Assembly (NCBI GenBank): GCA_037481775.1
Contig: JBBFKZ010000005.1
Coordinates: 1 to 64,000 of the forward strand
Origin: Candidatus Bathyarchaeia archaeon
GTDB lineage: Archaea; Thermoproteota; Bathyarchaeia; Bathyarchaeales; Bathycorpusculaceae
Direction of reading: 5' to 3'
DNA length: 64,000 bases
The notes under the pieces: generated by a model
Databases searched by the model: none
What the model was told of the DNA's origin: nothing
Seen by the model: the letters and a program-made list of their open reading frames with translations, nothing else
Shown here: one piece after another, positions 20,862 through 31,513 of the stretch
Layout of the letters: each line of letters starts with the position of its first letter
Numbering within the stretch: position 1 is the stretch's first letter
Program-made: the position numbers and the translations under genes

Positions 20862-23615
20862 ATGGAGAATACGCCGGTGACGCAGGAAACAGTTTGGCAC
20901 AATCTAAGCGTTGAAGAGGTCTTCAAGCAGCTTAATACAAGCGAAAGAGGCTTAACAAACGCCGAAGCAGAAAAAAGACTACAATTATATGGTCCAAATG
21001 AGTTGGAAGAAGAAAAGAAAACGAGTAAATTAACGCTGCTTGGGCGGCAGCTGAAAAGCCCGCTTGTAGGCGTCCTACTCGCCGCCGCGTTAATCTCGCT
21101 TTTTGTCGAGAAATACACGGACATGGCCGTCATTCTTGTTGTTATCGCTTTGAACGCGGCTATCGGCTTTTTCCAAGAATACAAGGCGGAAGCAGCGCTA
21201 CAAGCGTTGAAAACCATGGCTGCACCAGAAGCTGAGGTAATTCGCGATTGCCCAGAAACAAGCGGCTGCATCGAAATGCGGGTAAAAACAAGGGAGATAG
21301 TTCCAGGCGACGTAATAGGCTTGGATGCTGGAGCTAAAGTGCCAGCTGACGCCCGCATTTTCGAGGCTGTAAACTTGGAAATAGACGAGTCAATGTTAAC
21401 AGGCGAGTCAACACCAGTTAAAAAAATCGTGGGCGTTCTACAGAAAAACCTGCCAGTTGCCGATAGGACGAACATGGCTTTTTCAGGCACCATAGTCGCA
21501 AGCGGAAGAGGCAAAGCCGTTGTTGTTGCCACGGGAATGAGAACGGAAATAGGTAAAATAGCTAAATTAATTAAAGAAACGGAAAAAGCTGAAACTCCAA
21601 TTCAGAAGCAAACAGCAGACTTAAGCAAAAAACTGGGATTACTTGCGTTGTCAGCAAGCGGCTTAATACTTATAATCAGTCTTCTCCGCGGATTTGAATT
21701 TCTCGACGCATTTCTGTTCGTGTTAGCGGCGGCGGTCTCTGCCATTCCAGAGGGCTTGCCTGTGGTGATTACGATAACGCTGGCGATTGGCGTGCACAGA
21801 ATGGCTAAGAGAAACGCTATTATCAGAAAGCTACAAGCTGTTGACACCTTAGGCTCCGCCACGGTAATCTGCACTGACAAAACTGGAACGTTAACAACCA
21901 ATCAGATGACCACACAGAAAATATTTGTAGACAACAAAATAGTCACGGTAACCGGCGTCGGATATGCGCCAGAAGGACATTTTGAATTAGACGGCAAGCC
22001 AATCGATACGGCAAGAGATGAAGCGCTCAGTTTTCTGCTCAAAGCCGCGGCATTATGTAATGATGCCCGCTTAAGGCGACACAAACTTGATGGAAAATAT
22101 CAATGGGAAATTTACGGAGACACCACAGAAGGCGCGTTAGTTGTTGCCGCGGCGAAGGCAGGTTTTCAAAAAGACGACTTGGAAGCAAAGTATCCACGTG
22201 TTGACGAAGTTCCATTCGATCCCAAAAATAGGTACATGGCTACTTTCCACAGAATTTCAGAGGGAAAGCTTCATGTCTACGTTAAAGGAGCGCCGGAAAC
22301 AGTACTAGAAATGTGCTCCGAAATCCTCGAAGAAGGCAAAGAGAAAAAGCTGACGCCGCAAAGGATGGAGGAAATTTTGAAAGTCAGCACCCGGATGGCT
22401 AGTGAAGCGTTAAGAGTGCTGGCCATCGCTTATGAACTGATAGACGCGGAGAAACTAGAGGATGCTAAGGACGGACTTCAGCGGGGACGTATTAAACTCG
22501 TTTTTGTGGGCCTAGCAGGAATGCTGGATCCGCCTAGGCTAGAAGCGAAATCCGCGGTGCAGCTATGCAAAAAAGCCGGAATCAAGGTAATAATGGCCAC
22601 GGGCGATCATAAGCTTACCGCCGAAGCCATCGCAAAGGAAGTAGGCATCTTAGAAGCAGGTTATAGGGTTTTGACTGGCGCAGATTTGGACGGCATGTCT
22701 GATGATGAGCTTGACGCGGTGATAAATGAAACCGCAGTATTCGCGAGGGTGTCTCCCACGCACAAGTATCGAATTGTGGAATCTCTAAGGCGGAAGGGCC
22801 ATATCGTGGCTATGACCGGCGATGGCGTTAATGATGCGCCAGCTTTGAAGGCGGCAGAAATAGGCGTCGCCATGGGTATCACAGGCACGGATGTGACAAA
22901 GGAAACAGCGGATATGGTTCTGGCCGACGACAACTTTGCAAGCATCGTTAACGCAGTCGAAGAAGGCCGCGTAGTTTTCGAAAACATCAGAAAAGTAGTA
23001 AAGTATCTCGTTTCAACAAACACAGGTGAAATAATCACTGTAATAGCTGCGCTTCTGTTTTTACCTGGCATCCCATTGATTTTCACGCCTGTTCAGATAC
23101 TTTGGGTTAACCTGGTAACTGACGGGTTGCTTGACAAATTCTTGGCTATGGAGCCAAAAGAGAAAGGCGTGATGGAGCAGCCGCCGAGAAAGCCTAAAGA
23201 GAGAATAATCAATCGAGACATTATGTTAAATATTGCTTATGTAGGCGTATTCATGGCTGTCGGCACACTATGGATGTTTACAGCGGGCTATAACAATGGC
23301 GGACTTCAAAGAGCCCAAACATTAGCCTTTACCACCATAGCAATGTTTCAAGTATTTAACGCTCTTAACTGCAGATCAAGAACAACATCAGTTTTCAAAC
23401 TTGGCTTAACCACCAACAAGTATCTACTTGCTGGTATTGTAGCCTCAGTGTCATTACAAGTTCTTGCAACGCTGTTGCCTCCACTGCAAACTGCGCTGGG
23501 CACAATTTCGCTTTCGCCCATAGACTGGCTGATGATAGTCCTTATTTCCGGCTCAGTGTTAGTTGCTGAGGAAATCAGAAAACTGGTTAGAAGCAAATTG
23601 GAAAGGCGAGTATAG
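20862..23615 (+). CDS. Cation-translocating P-type ATPase (type IIA, Ca2+-like)
   Basis: TGES, IPEGL, DKTGTLT, KGAPE, TGD, GDGVNDAP, WVNLVTDG. Confidence 0.96.
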   Translation: MENTPVTQETVWHNLSVEEVFKQLNTSERGLTNAEAEKRLQLYGPNELEEEKKTSKLTLLGRQLKSPLVGVLLAAALISLFVEKYTDMAVILVVIALNAAIGFFQEYKAEAALQALKTMAAPEAEVIRDCPETSGCIEMRVKTREIVPGDVIGLDAGAKVPADARIFEAVNLEIDESMLTGESTPVKKIVGVLQKNLPVADRTNMAFSGTIVASGRGKAVVVATGMRTEIGKIAKLIKETEKAETPIQKQTADLSKKLGLLALSASGLILIISLLRGFEFLDAFLFVLAAAVSAIPEGLPVVITITLAIGVHRMAKRNAIIRKLQAVDTLGSATVICTDKTGTLTTNQMTTQKIFVDNKIVTVTGVGYAPEGHFELDGKPIDTARDEALSFLLKAAALCNDARLRRHKLDGKYQWEIYGDTTEGALVVAAAKAGFQKDDLEAKYPRVDEVPFDPKNRYMATFHRISEGKLHVYVKGAPETVLEMCSEILEEGKEKKLTPQRMEEILKVSTRMASEALRVLAIAYELIDAEKLEDAKDGLQRGRIKLVFVGLAGMLDPPRLEAKSAVQLCKKAGIKVIMATGDHKLTAEAIAKEVGILEAGYRVLTGADLDGMSDDELDAVINETAVFARVSPTHKYRIVESLRRKGHIVAMTGDGVNDAPALKAAEIGVAMGITGTDVTKETADMVLADDNFASIVNAVEEGRVVFENIRKVVKYLVSTNTGEIITVIAALLFLPGIPLIFTPVQILWVNLVTDGLLDKFLAMEPKEKGVMEQPPRKPKERIINRDIMLNIAYVGVFMAVGTLWMFTAGYNNGGLQRAQTLAFTTIAMFQVFNALNCRSRTTSVFKLGLTTNKYLLAGIVASVSLQVLATLLPPLQTALGTISLSPIDWLMIVLISGSVLVAEEIRKLVRSKLERRV

Positions 23616-24563
23616 ATGGCATCAAAATATGGAGTTGAAATCATCTCCATAGAAGATAAAGACGCGTTAATGGAAAAGTATGGCGAGCGCTTGCTTTATG
23701 AGGAAAGAGCAGACATATACGGTTGCTGCATAAAACTCTTAACAGACAGCAAATACATCAAAGATCGCTGGGAAGAAAACTTTTATCCCATGTCAGCGCA
23801 CACGCGCTCTCATGGAAGGTTAATTGTTACACAAGAAAACGGCGAAAAACAGCGAGTGCTCTACGATCCGCTCTCGAAAACAGCCTTTCTAATCAACGTT
23901 GACTATTACGGCTGGGTGAAGTCAATAGCCCTAAGCGTTGCCGGCGACATACTCGAGGACGAGCATGGCATAAACTCGGTTCATGGCGCCTGCGTAAGCA
24001 TAGGTGGCCAAGGCGCCTGTCTAATAGCGCCATCTGGAACAGGCAAAACCACGCATACATATGGGCTGCTGAGGCTAAAGGGCGTTCGCGCCATATCAGA
24101 CGACTGGTTTTTTGTTCGTTTCATGGCTGACCAAAACGTGGCATTTAGCTCTGAAAAAAACTTTTACATCCAAGCAGACATAGCGGAAATCTGGGGAGAA
24201 TACAAGTCACTCGTGGATAAAGCCGAGTTTGACGCCCGAGGCAGAGCAATCGTCAACATCAGGTGGATTGTTGGAAAAGGAAAAATTTTTCCCATGACAC
24301 CTCTGGACACCGCAATTTTGCTGAAACGCGACCCAAAAGATGGCAGAGTCACTAGAAAGTTAACTGCAGCAGAAGCAGTCGAATACATCAAGAGCGCGGG
24401 CTTCTGCAATCCACACTTGTTAGTCAAGGATTCAAGAAAAACCCTGCTACGAGAAAAGTTCTTCAAGGAATTCTTTAGCCACATCGAAACCTACCTTGTA
24501 AACACCATGTTACCGCCGCTTGAGACGCACAAGGTAATAAAGGACATTTTAAAAATAACTTAG
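23616..24563 (+). CDS. HPr kinase/PEPCK-like P-loop protein
   Basis: VHGACV...APSGTGKTT...ISDDW matches the HprK/PCK catalytic signature; ATG directly abuts the ATPase stop. Confidence 0.75.
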   Translation: MASKYGVEIISIEDKDALMEKYGERLLYEERADIYGCCIKLLTDSKYIKDRWEENFYPMSAHTRSHGRLIVTQENGEKQRVLYDPLSKTAFLINVDYYGWVKSIALSVAGDILEDEHGINSVHGACVSIGGQGACLIAPSGTGKTTHTYGLLRLKGVRAISDDWFFVRFMADQNVAFSSEKNFYIQADIAEIWGEYKSLVDKAEFDARGRAIVNIRWIVGKGKIFPMTPLDTAILLKRDPKDGRVTRKLTAAEAVEYIKSAGFCNPHLLVKDSRKTLLREKFFKEFFSHIETYLVNTMLPPLETHKVIKDILKIT

Positions 24564-24590
24564 GCATTACACAACTAAGTGCTTGGAATC

Positions 24591-26255
24591 ATGCAAAACC
24601 AGACAAAACAGAAAGTTGCATATTTCTCCATGGAAATCGCACTGTCAAATGACATCCACACGTACAGCGGCGGTCTCGGAGTCCTCGCAGGCGACACCAT
24701 ACGGTCAAGCGCGGATTTGAAGCTGCCTCTGGTCGGCGTCAGCTTAATCAGCAAAAAAGGCTACTTCAGACAGGAACTGACGCCAGATGGTAAGCAGATA
24801 GAGCACGAAGATCCATGGGACCCCGCAAAGTTCATGCAGCTTCTTCCCGAAGAAGTCACAGTGCCGATTCAGTCGCGCGATGTGCATGTCAAAGCGTGGC
24901 TCTACAATGTGGTGAGCCAAACAGGTGGAGTGGTTCCGGTCTATTTTTTGGACACGGACGTTGAGGAAAATAGTAGTGAAGATAAGGAAATCACTTCTTT
25001 CCTTTACGGTGGAGATGAAAGATACCGTCTCAAGCAGGAAATCGTGCTGGGAATAGGCGGCGTGAGGATGCTGGAGAAGTTAGGGATAAGCGTCCGCAAG
25101 TACCACATGAACGAGGGGCACTCCGCCTTTCTTGCCTTAGAATTGCTGCGGCAATGGGAAATGGATGTTGACAAAGTTAGGGATAACTGCATATTTACCA
25201 CGCATACGCCTGTTGAATCCGGGCACGATAAATTCTCTTACGACCTGGTTAAGGAAGTCTTAGGTGACTATGTCCCATTGGAAGTGCTGAAAAGCATAGG
25301 CGGCGAAGACCAATTGAATATGACACGGCTTGCACTTAACTTAAGCAATTACATAAACGGCGTAGCAAAACGGCATAGTGAATCCTCAAAGGAAATGTTT
25401 CCCGGCTACGAAATCTACGCCATCACCAACGGCATACACTCTTACACTTGGACATGCACAAGCTTTAGAAGCTTATACGATAAGTATCTGCCAGGCTGGG
25501 CAAACGAGCCTAACCTGCTTGTGCGAGTAGACGTGATACCTGACGAGGAAATTTGGCAAGCTCACAAGGACGCAAAAAAATCTTTGATTGACCACATTAA
25601 CAAAGTCACCAACAGCGACATGAGCATAGAAACGTTGACAATTGGTTTTGCTCGGAGAGCCACAGAATACAAAAGAGCCACGCTGATATTCTCTGATCTG
25701 CAAAGGCTACGGCGAATAAACAGAAAAACGCCTATCCAACTAATTTTTGCGGGGAAAGCGCATCCAAAAGACTACCAAGGCAAGAAAATTATTGAACAAA
25801 TCTTCAGCTACATTCAAAAATTAAAAGACGAAATCAAAATCGTTTACTTAGAAAATTACGATCTGGAAACCGCGGCCAAGGTGATTGCCGGCGTTGACGT
25901 CTGGCTGAACACGCCACATCCGCCTTTTGAGGCGTCAGGAACCAGCGGCATGAAAGCAGCACACAACGGCGTGGTAAACTTCAGCGTGCTGGACGGCTGG
26001 TGGATTGAAGGCTGGATAGAAGGCATAACAGGCTGGTCGATCGGGCCGCATCCAGAAGAGCGCATATCGCAGGAGGAACGCAACAGTAGAGAGATAGATG
26101 ATCTGTATAATAAGCTGGAATACATTATTGCGCCCGTGTTCTACGCGAAAAGGGATGAATGGATACGAGCGATGAAGAATTCTATCGGGAAAATTGCCTA
26201 TTACTTTAACAGTCACAGAATGATGCGGAGATACGTTACAGAAGCCTACTTTTAA
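24591..26255 (+). CDS. glgP: Alpha-glucan (glycogen/maltodextrin) phosphorylase
   Basis: AYFSME, YSGGLGVLAGD, HMNEGH, FARRATEYKR, EASGTSGMK (PLP Lys). Confidence 0.95.
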   Translation: MQNQTKQKVAYFSMEIALSNDIHTYSGGLGVLAGDTIRSSADLKLPLVGVSLISKKGYFRQELTPDGKQIEHEDPWDPAKFMQLLPEEVTVPIQSRDVHVKAWLYNVVSQTGGVVPVYFLDTDVEENSSEDKEITSFLYGGDERYRLKQEIVLGIGGVRMLEKLGISVRKYHMNEGHSAFLALELLRQWEMDVDKVRDNCIFTTHTPVESGHDKFSYDLVKEVLGDYVPLEVLKSIGGEDQLNMTRLALNLSNYINGVAKRHSESSKEMFPGYEIYAITNGIHSYTWTCTSFRSLYDKYLPGWANEPNLLVRVDVIPDEEIWQAHKDAKKSLIDHINKVTNSDMSIETLTIGFARRATEYKRATLIFSDLQRLRRINRKTPIQLIFAGKAHPKDYQGKKIIEQIFSYIQKLKDEIKIVYLENYDLETAAKVIAGVDVWLNTPHPPFEASGTSGMKAAHNGVVNFSVLDGWWIEGWIEGITGWSIGPHPEERISQEERNSREIDDLYNKLEYIIAPVFYAKRDEWIRAMKNSIGKIAYYFNSHRMMRRYVTEAYF

Positions 26256-26727
26256 ACAAGCCATAATGTAAAGTTGATTAAATAACAGAAAAAGCACTAA
26301 AAGGCGCCACGCCACATTAATATGGAATGCGGTACTGCCCCACTGACACTTCGGATCCGCATTATTCCCTTCCTTTTTGGTTTGCTCGTTTTGCGGCAAT
26401 TTTTATCTCTACCACCAATTTGATCATGCTTGATTCTATGGGCATTCAAGCGCTGGTTTATGTTTAAAAAGTTGCGCGGCTAGGCAACTGGCGTGTTGTG
26501 GAATACGTGCCGCAATTGTTAATGTTGAAGAATACTTGCAAGAACAAGGATACAGCATAAAAATAAAAGTTGATTACATACACTAAGCCTTACAATATTT
26601 GAGAAATATGTGCGTTCTATACTCTAATAATCCCTGCTTGTAGCTGTTAGGTATTGGTTGTTAGCGCCAAATTTCACTAAAAGAAAATAGCCGCATTTCT
26701 TTCTAGCGTGAAATGTGAAGAGAGGAA

Positions 26728-27183
26728 TCAGCTACTGTGCGTTTCTTCAATCTCTCGGATTCTAGTCTCTATAAATTCAACAACTTTTTCTTCATTGTAG
26801 CGCCGCTCTGCTTGTTGCAGTGCTAAATGTGTACGAATTGTTATCAGAAGTTTTTCTACATTCACAGGCTTCACGAGGTAAGCATCAGCCTTTAGGTTCA
26901 CAGCGTCAATAGCGTTATCCAACGTGGGGTATCCTGTCAGCATTATTTTGCGCATTTTAGGAACTGTCTCTCTCATTCTATTCAGCAACTCTGTTCCAAC
27001 CATGTCAGGAAGGCGAATATCTATCAATGCAACGTTATAGACGGCTGATTCAGTTTTGCTAATCGCTTCAGCGCCATTTGCTGCAACATCAACAAGGTAA
27101 CCTTCGTCAGAAAGTATAGCTTTCAACGATTCTCGTATGTCGGCGGCGTCGTCAACAATGAGGATTCTGGCAGGTTTATCCAT
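26728..27183 (-). CDS. Response regulator receiver protein
   Basis: ILIVDD, DIRLPDM, TG, KP. Confidence 0.93.
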   Translation of the reverse strand: MDKPARILIVDDAADIRESLKAILSDEGYLVDVAANGAEAISKTESAVYNVALIDIRLPDMVGTELLNRMRETVPKMRKIMLTGYPTLDNAIDAVNLKADAYLVKPVNVEKLLITIRTHLALQQAERRYNEEKVVEFIETRIREIEETHSS

Positions 27184-29503
27184 TCTTTTTCCTCACCAAC
27201 CTCCATTTTTGGTTTTAACGGTAGTGTTATCGTGAATGTTGCGCCTTTTCCCGGGGCGCTTTCAACGGCGATTGTGCCCCTGTGCGCTTCAACTATGCGC
27301 TTACATATGGCTAGACCGAAGCCCATGCCCTGTGCCTTCGTGGTAACCAACGGAGTAAACAGCCTATCCTTAACCTCCTCGGGAATCCCCATGCCCGTAT
27401 CAGAGAAAATAAGTTCCACTGTACCAGCTTTCTGGTGGCTCACAACTTTAAGTACGCCGCCACTTGGCATGGCATCCACGGCGTTCTTGATCAAGTTAAC
27501 AAAGACCCTTAGCATCTTATCCTTATCAATCAATATCTCTGGGGCATCAGCCATCTCATCAAAAAGCTCAATTACCCTGGGAACTCTCACACACCTCAAC
27601 GCCTCAGTTAATAGCATACGCGGGGTACACGGCTGAAGCTCCAAATGGATGTCTCTCGAATACTCCAAAAGGTCGTTAACAATTTTATTGGCCCTTTCAA
27701 TAGCGCCTTCTATTATCGATAACATCTCAATACGTGCAACCTCAGATATGGCATTACCTTTCTTCTTCAAGTAGTAAGCAGCATTTTTAATCGCCGTCAG
27801 CGGGTTTCGTAGATCGTGTCCGACCATGGCGGCTAGCTCGCCTATCGCCGCGAGCCGCTCTGCCTTGAGAAGCTTAGCCTGCGCCTCCCGCAGCTGCGCA
27901 GTTCTCTCCTCAACCAACTGCTCCAACTTCACAGAGTACTCTTTAAGTTTGTTTTCCAAAATCATTCTTTCAGTCACGTTTACCGCTAGCTCCAACGCGG
28001 CAACGAGTCTGCCTGCTTCATCCCTAATAGGCGTCACGATAAGCTCAACCCAGAATCTATTGCCTTTATCATCGTAGTTAGTGTACACGTGAACGTCACT
28101 GGGCAAGCCTTCTTCGAAAATCTTCTTTACGCCGCAATCGGGGCAGACATGCGTCAGCCTATTAAATGTTGAATAGCATATTTTGCCTTCGCAATTGCCA
28201 TTAATGTTCTTCATAACCTTATTTGCCCATAGTATGCGATAGTCCCTGCTGATAATAGCTAGCCCCGCGCCAACGTTCTCCGTAACCGCCTCAAGCATAT
28301 CACGCTCCATTCTAAGTTCATTCTCAGTTCTCTTTAATTCAGTAATGTCCTGCGTTATTACCTGAAAGTACTTCTTACCCCTCAGTTCAATAAATCGGAC
28401 ATTGTTTAGGACGTCTTTGATCTCGCCTGTTTTGGTACAATATTTAGTTTCAAACCTATCCCAACCAGTCCTCATTATCCGAGCCATATGGGCTTTTATT
28501 TCTTCAGGTGATTCGCACGCTTCATAATCGGCTATGGACAATTTTGCAAATTCCCCTCGTGTATAGCCCAGCTGGCGATGTGCCTCCTCATTAAATCTCA
28601 CAAAATGCCCAAGCTCATCAATAAGTAAAATGCCTAACGGAGCGTCATTAAACAGAGTTCGATAAAGCTTTTCTGATTCTTCAATTTTCAGCTCTATTTT
28701 CTTGCGTTCTGATAAATCTCTGAATATGCCCAGAAAACACGAGGAACCCTTGAATTCATTAGGGTAGCTAAAAGTTCTGCGGGAAACTCTGTGCCGTCTT
28801 TCCTGCGAGCGGTGATTTTGACTATTTTTCCTTGAAGTAACCAGCCGCTTTTGTGCAATTCCATAAATGACGGGTGATCTCTATATTGAGCAGGCAAAAT
28901 AAGTTTTAGAACGTTTTTGCCTACTGCTTCTTTTTGGCTGTAGCCGAAGATTTGTTCGGCGGCGGAGTTCCAGTACTCGACTCCGCCGTCCTGATTTACT
29001 ACTATGATGGCCTCTTTAGTGGAGTTGGTTATTGCTCGGAGCATTTCTTCGTTTTCTTTAATCTCTTTAATTTTTTCTTCAACAAGTGTTTTCATTTGTT
29101 CAGAGTACTTTTTTAGGCGTATTTGATTTTCTTTTCTTCGGGTAATATCGTGAAACACAACCAAGTCAGCAGGTCTACCTGCGTACCTAATCTTTTTACC
29201 TTTAACTTCAACACATCTTTTCACGCCCATCTTATCTATATAATAAGCCTCATACAGTTCAACAGAAGCATCTTGGAGACGCTTCTTTAGATTTTCCAAT
29301 AGCAAAGTTTTGCTTTCAGCAAGAATAAAGGGTAACTCAAAAAAAGGTTTGCCGTCTATTTGTTTCCATTTTAGCCCGGTTATTTCCTCAAATGCCTTGT
29401 TCACCACTAAAAAATGACCTTTCTCATCAACTATGACCGCGGGATCAGAAAGCAAATTCAGAAGAACTCTAACTTTTTCTCTTCTTGAGTACTTCCGTTT
29501 CAT
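27123..29503 (-). pseudogene. Multi-PAS histidine kinase split by a frameshift near 28750-28760 (ORFs 28694-29518 and 27123-28601)
   Basis: The upstream PAS ORF ends ...EFPAELLATLM; the other frame continues FKGSSCFLGIFRDLSERKK...LFNDAPLGI into PAS, HisKA (GHDLRNPL) and HATPase (N, DTGMG, GMGFGL). Confidence 0.85.
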
Positions 29504-29930
29504 ATTGCCAAACTCCAATTTCTATATTACTTTTTTTGTTCTCAAATTTCTGCTGCATAAGACGCACGTAATCCTGAAAAGTAAGTTCAGGAAGAATACA
29601 CTTAGACAAGGCCCACTCATACTCAGGCCATTTGCACGTGATCCTGATTTTTTCGTGTATACTTTTCATGAATAAGATCTCCAGATGTCTAGCGCCTATG
29701 CTAAATATGCGTTCAAGGGCGTCTAAGAAATCAGTGAGCCTCTTGGGAATCTCATCCCGTTTGACGTTAAAACTCTTTTCTACATGAAAGTATATCGCCG
29801 TCTTAATATTTTCCCCTAAAGAAGACAAAGCATCGTCTATTGCTTCCAGCAGAATTTGCTCGAAACTCTTGGCTTGGCTTTCTTTTACCACATCTCCAGC
29901 CTCTTTACGCGCTTTCCCAATTTTCACCAA
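29469..29930 (-). CDS. DUF3227/NitrOD-like small signalling-associated protein
   Basis: LLEAIDDALSSLGE...IYFHVEK...EIP...F..ALERIF motif; paralog at 44908-45297; sits upstream of the kinase. Confidence 0.65.
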   Translation of the reverse strand: MVKIGKARKEAGDVVKESQAKSFEQILLEAIDDALSSLGENIKTAIYFHVEKSFNVKRDEIPKRLTDFLDALERIFSIGARHLEILFMKSIHEKIRITCKWPEYEWALSKCILPELTFQDYVRLMQQKFENKKSNIEIGVWQYETEVLKKRKS

Positions 29931-30326
29931 ACGCCGTGAGTTTCTCCAATATAGTATTTCCTGTTAAAAGGGGATAATAAAAAGTTGTTAACTTCAAATA
30001 GTGATTATAACTTACTAAAATCAACAATTGCCAAGGATCTTGTCAATTCTTAGACTAAGGCGTTGTTGCTGTTAATTTGTTGAAATTATTCAAATATGAA
30101 TATGAGGTCAAAGCAGGAGAGTATCGTTGTTTGGCAGATTTATGCTCTCTGTAACAATCTTCTGCTCGACGTACCTGCCCAACTGCAGGTTTGCCGCCTC
30201 CAGCACAGTTGTCCTCGACATCAGAGCACATCCTCAAAGTCGGAGATTTCATTCTTCAACCAGCAACCCGAAATAGCAGAACCTCAAGATCTTAAAAATG
30301 AAACATATCCTTCGGACCAGAAACAT

Positions 30327-30496
30327 TGGTGGGGCTGGCCGGATTTGAACCGACGACCTTTACCCGGAAACAGCGCTTGGCTGCTCCTACGGGTTTCTCT
30401 AAGACCGCTCCAGAACTTCGTCATCCCATGCGGTCAGCAAACCCGTTGTGCTTGCTTTCTGGAGCCCGTCGTCATGCCTGCCTAGACTACAGCCCC
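30327..30496 (-). tRNA. tRNA-Trp(CCA) with two introns: 64 nt at 37/38 (30395-30458) and 29 nt at about 43/44 (30360-30388); CCA encoded
   Basis: GGGGCTG/CAGCCCC acceptor, ACGGG-CT-CCA-G[intron]A-CCCGT[intron]AGGTC-GTCGG-TTCAAAT-CCGGC, ACCA. Confidence 0.9.
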
Positions 30497-30737
30497 GTTG
30501 ATGCAGACTCTGAAAGGATTAAGTTAATTGTCCAAAATAAAAATATATTCATCAAATCTTTTTGCGCGTGATGAGGCTGTTTTGATAAAAGCACTTTGTA
30601 ACTTATAAGCAAAAGCGAAACGCGCCTTTGTGGGAAGCAAATCAGTTTTCAAAAATGATTTGATAACGAGTGTTAAACGCAAAATTTATAACAAAAATCA
30701 AATGATAACTAAAATTTTGAGGGGATTAAAATTGGAG

Positions 30738-31121
30738 ATGGGGTTAATATCTAAATGGGCGTATCTGCTCTTTGTCGTCATTGCCGTTGTAATGGGGCTG
30801 GTTGTGGGTTACATGGCGTGGAGTGAAGGCGGATGGAATGCTGTTGCTACTGTTAATGGCTGGGTTCTTCTAGTGCTGGTAGTTCTAGGCATCATAATTG
30901 GTCTTACAACAATAACCTCAAAAGAAGTCACGCCATTCCTGATAGCCACAATTGCCCTAGCCGTGGCAGCTGGCGCAAACGTCTGGGAACCACTATGCGC
31001 AATTCACGACTTGCTATATTTCTGGGCCACGGGAATCCTCAATTACATCGTAGCCTTCGCTGCGCCAGCAGCAGTGATAATTGCAATCAAAGAAATCCTA
31101 ACAATAGCCAAGGAAAAGTAA
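30738..31121 (+). CDS. Hypothetical membrane protein (4 TM)
   Basis: Hydrophobic helices, GIIIGLxxITxKE motif; T-rich tract downstream. Confidence 0.7.
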   Translation: MGLISKWAYLLFVVIAVVMGLVVGYMAWSEGGWNAVATVNGWVLLVLVVLGIIIGLTTITSKEVTPFLIATIALAVAAGANVWEPLCAIHDLLYFWATGILNYIVAFAAPAAVIIAIKEILTIAKEK

Positions 31122-31308
31122 GCAAACTCTTGCCCTTACCTCCCCTTTTTTTACTTTTAAAGGCTTTGCGTCAGCAAAAATAGACAGCGGCGAAACCCAC
31201 ATATCACCGGCGCAACGGCGCATGGTAAAGGGGCACATAGCAAGTTTTACGGTATAGCGTCCGCCTAAAAAGCGAAAAGTTAATGAAGGAAAAATGCCGT
31301 GTATTGCT

Positions 31309-31432
31309 GGGTTTGCCGGCCATAGGGCACGGGTCCCACCTGATCCCATTCCGAACTCAGAAGTTAAACCGTGCTCCGTTCCCAGCGGTAGTGTGGTCTT
31401 CGGCCACGCGAAACTGGGAAAGCTGGCAGCCC
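31309..31432 (+). rRNA. rrf: 5S rRNA (stand-alone)
   Basis: GGCCATAG...CACCTGATCCCATTCCGAACTCAGAAGTTAAACC...GCGAAACT; terminal helix GCCGGC/GCTGGC. Confidence 0.93.
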
Positions 31433-31513
31433 ACTTAAATGCTGAAGGATGCAGAGAGAATTAGCTAAGATTTATAACTAAGTGCTGAATGTTTTTGGAG
31501 ACGTGGTGAAACC

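Noticed and set aside
30096-30571. ORFs 30096-30485 and 30326-30571
   Set aside because: They are antisense to tRNA-Trp and its introns; spurious translations.
31098-31349. 83-aa minus-strand ORF
   Set aside because: Antisense to the 5S rRNA and its promoter.
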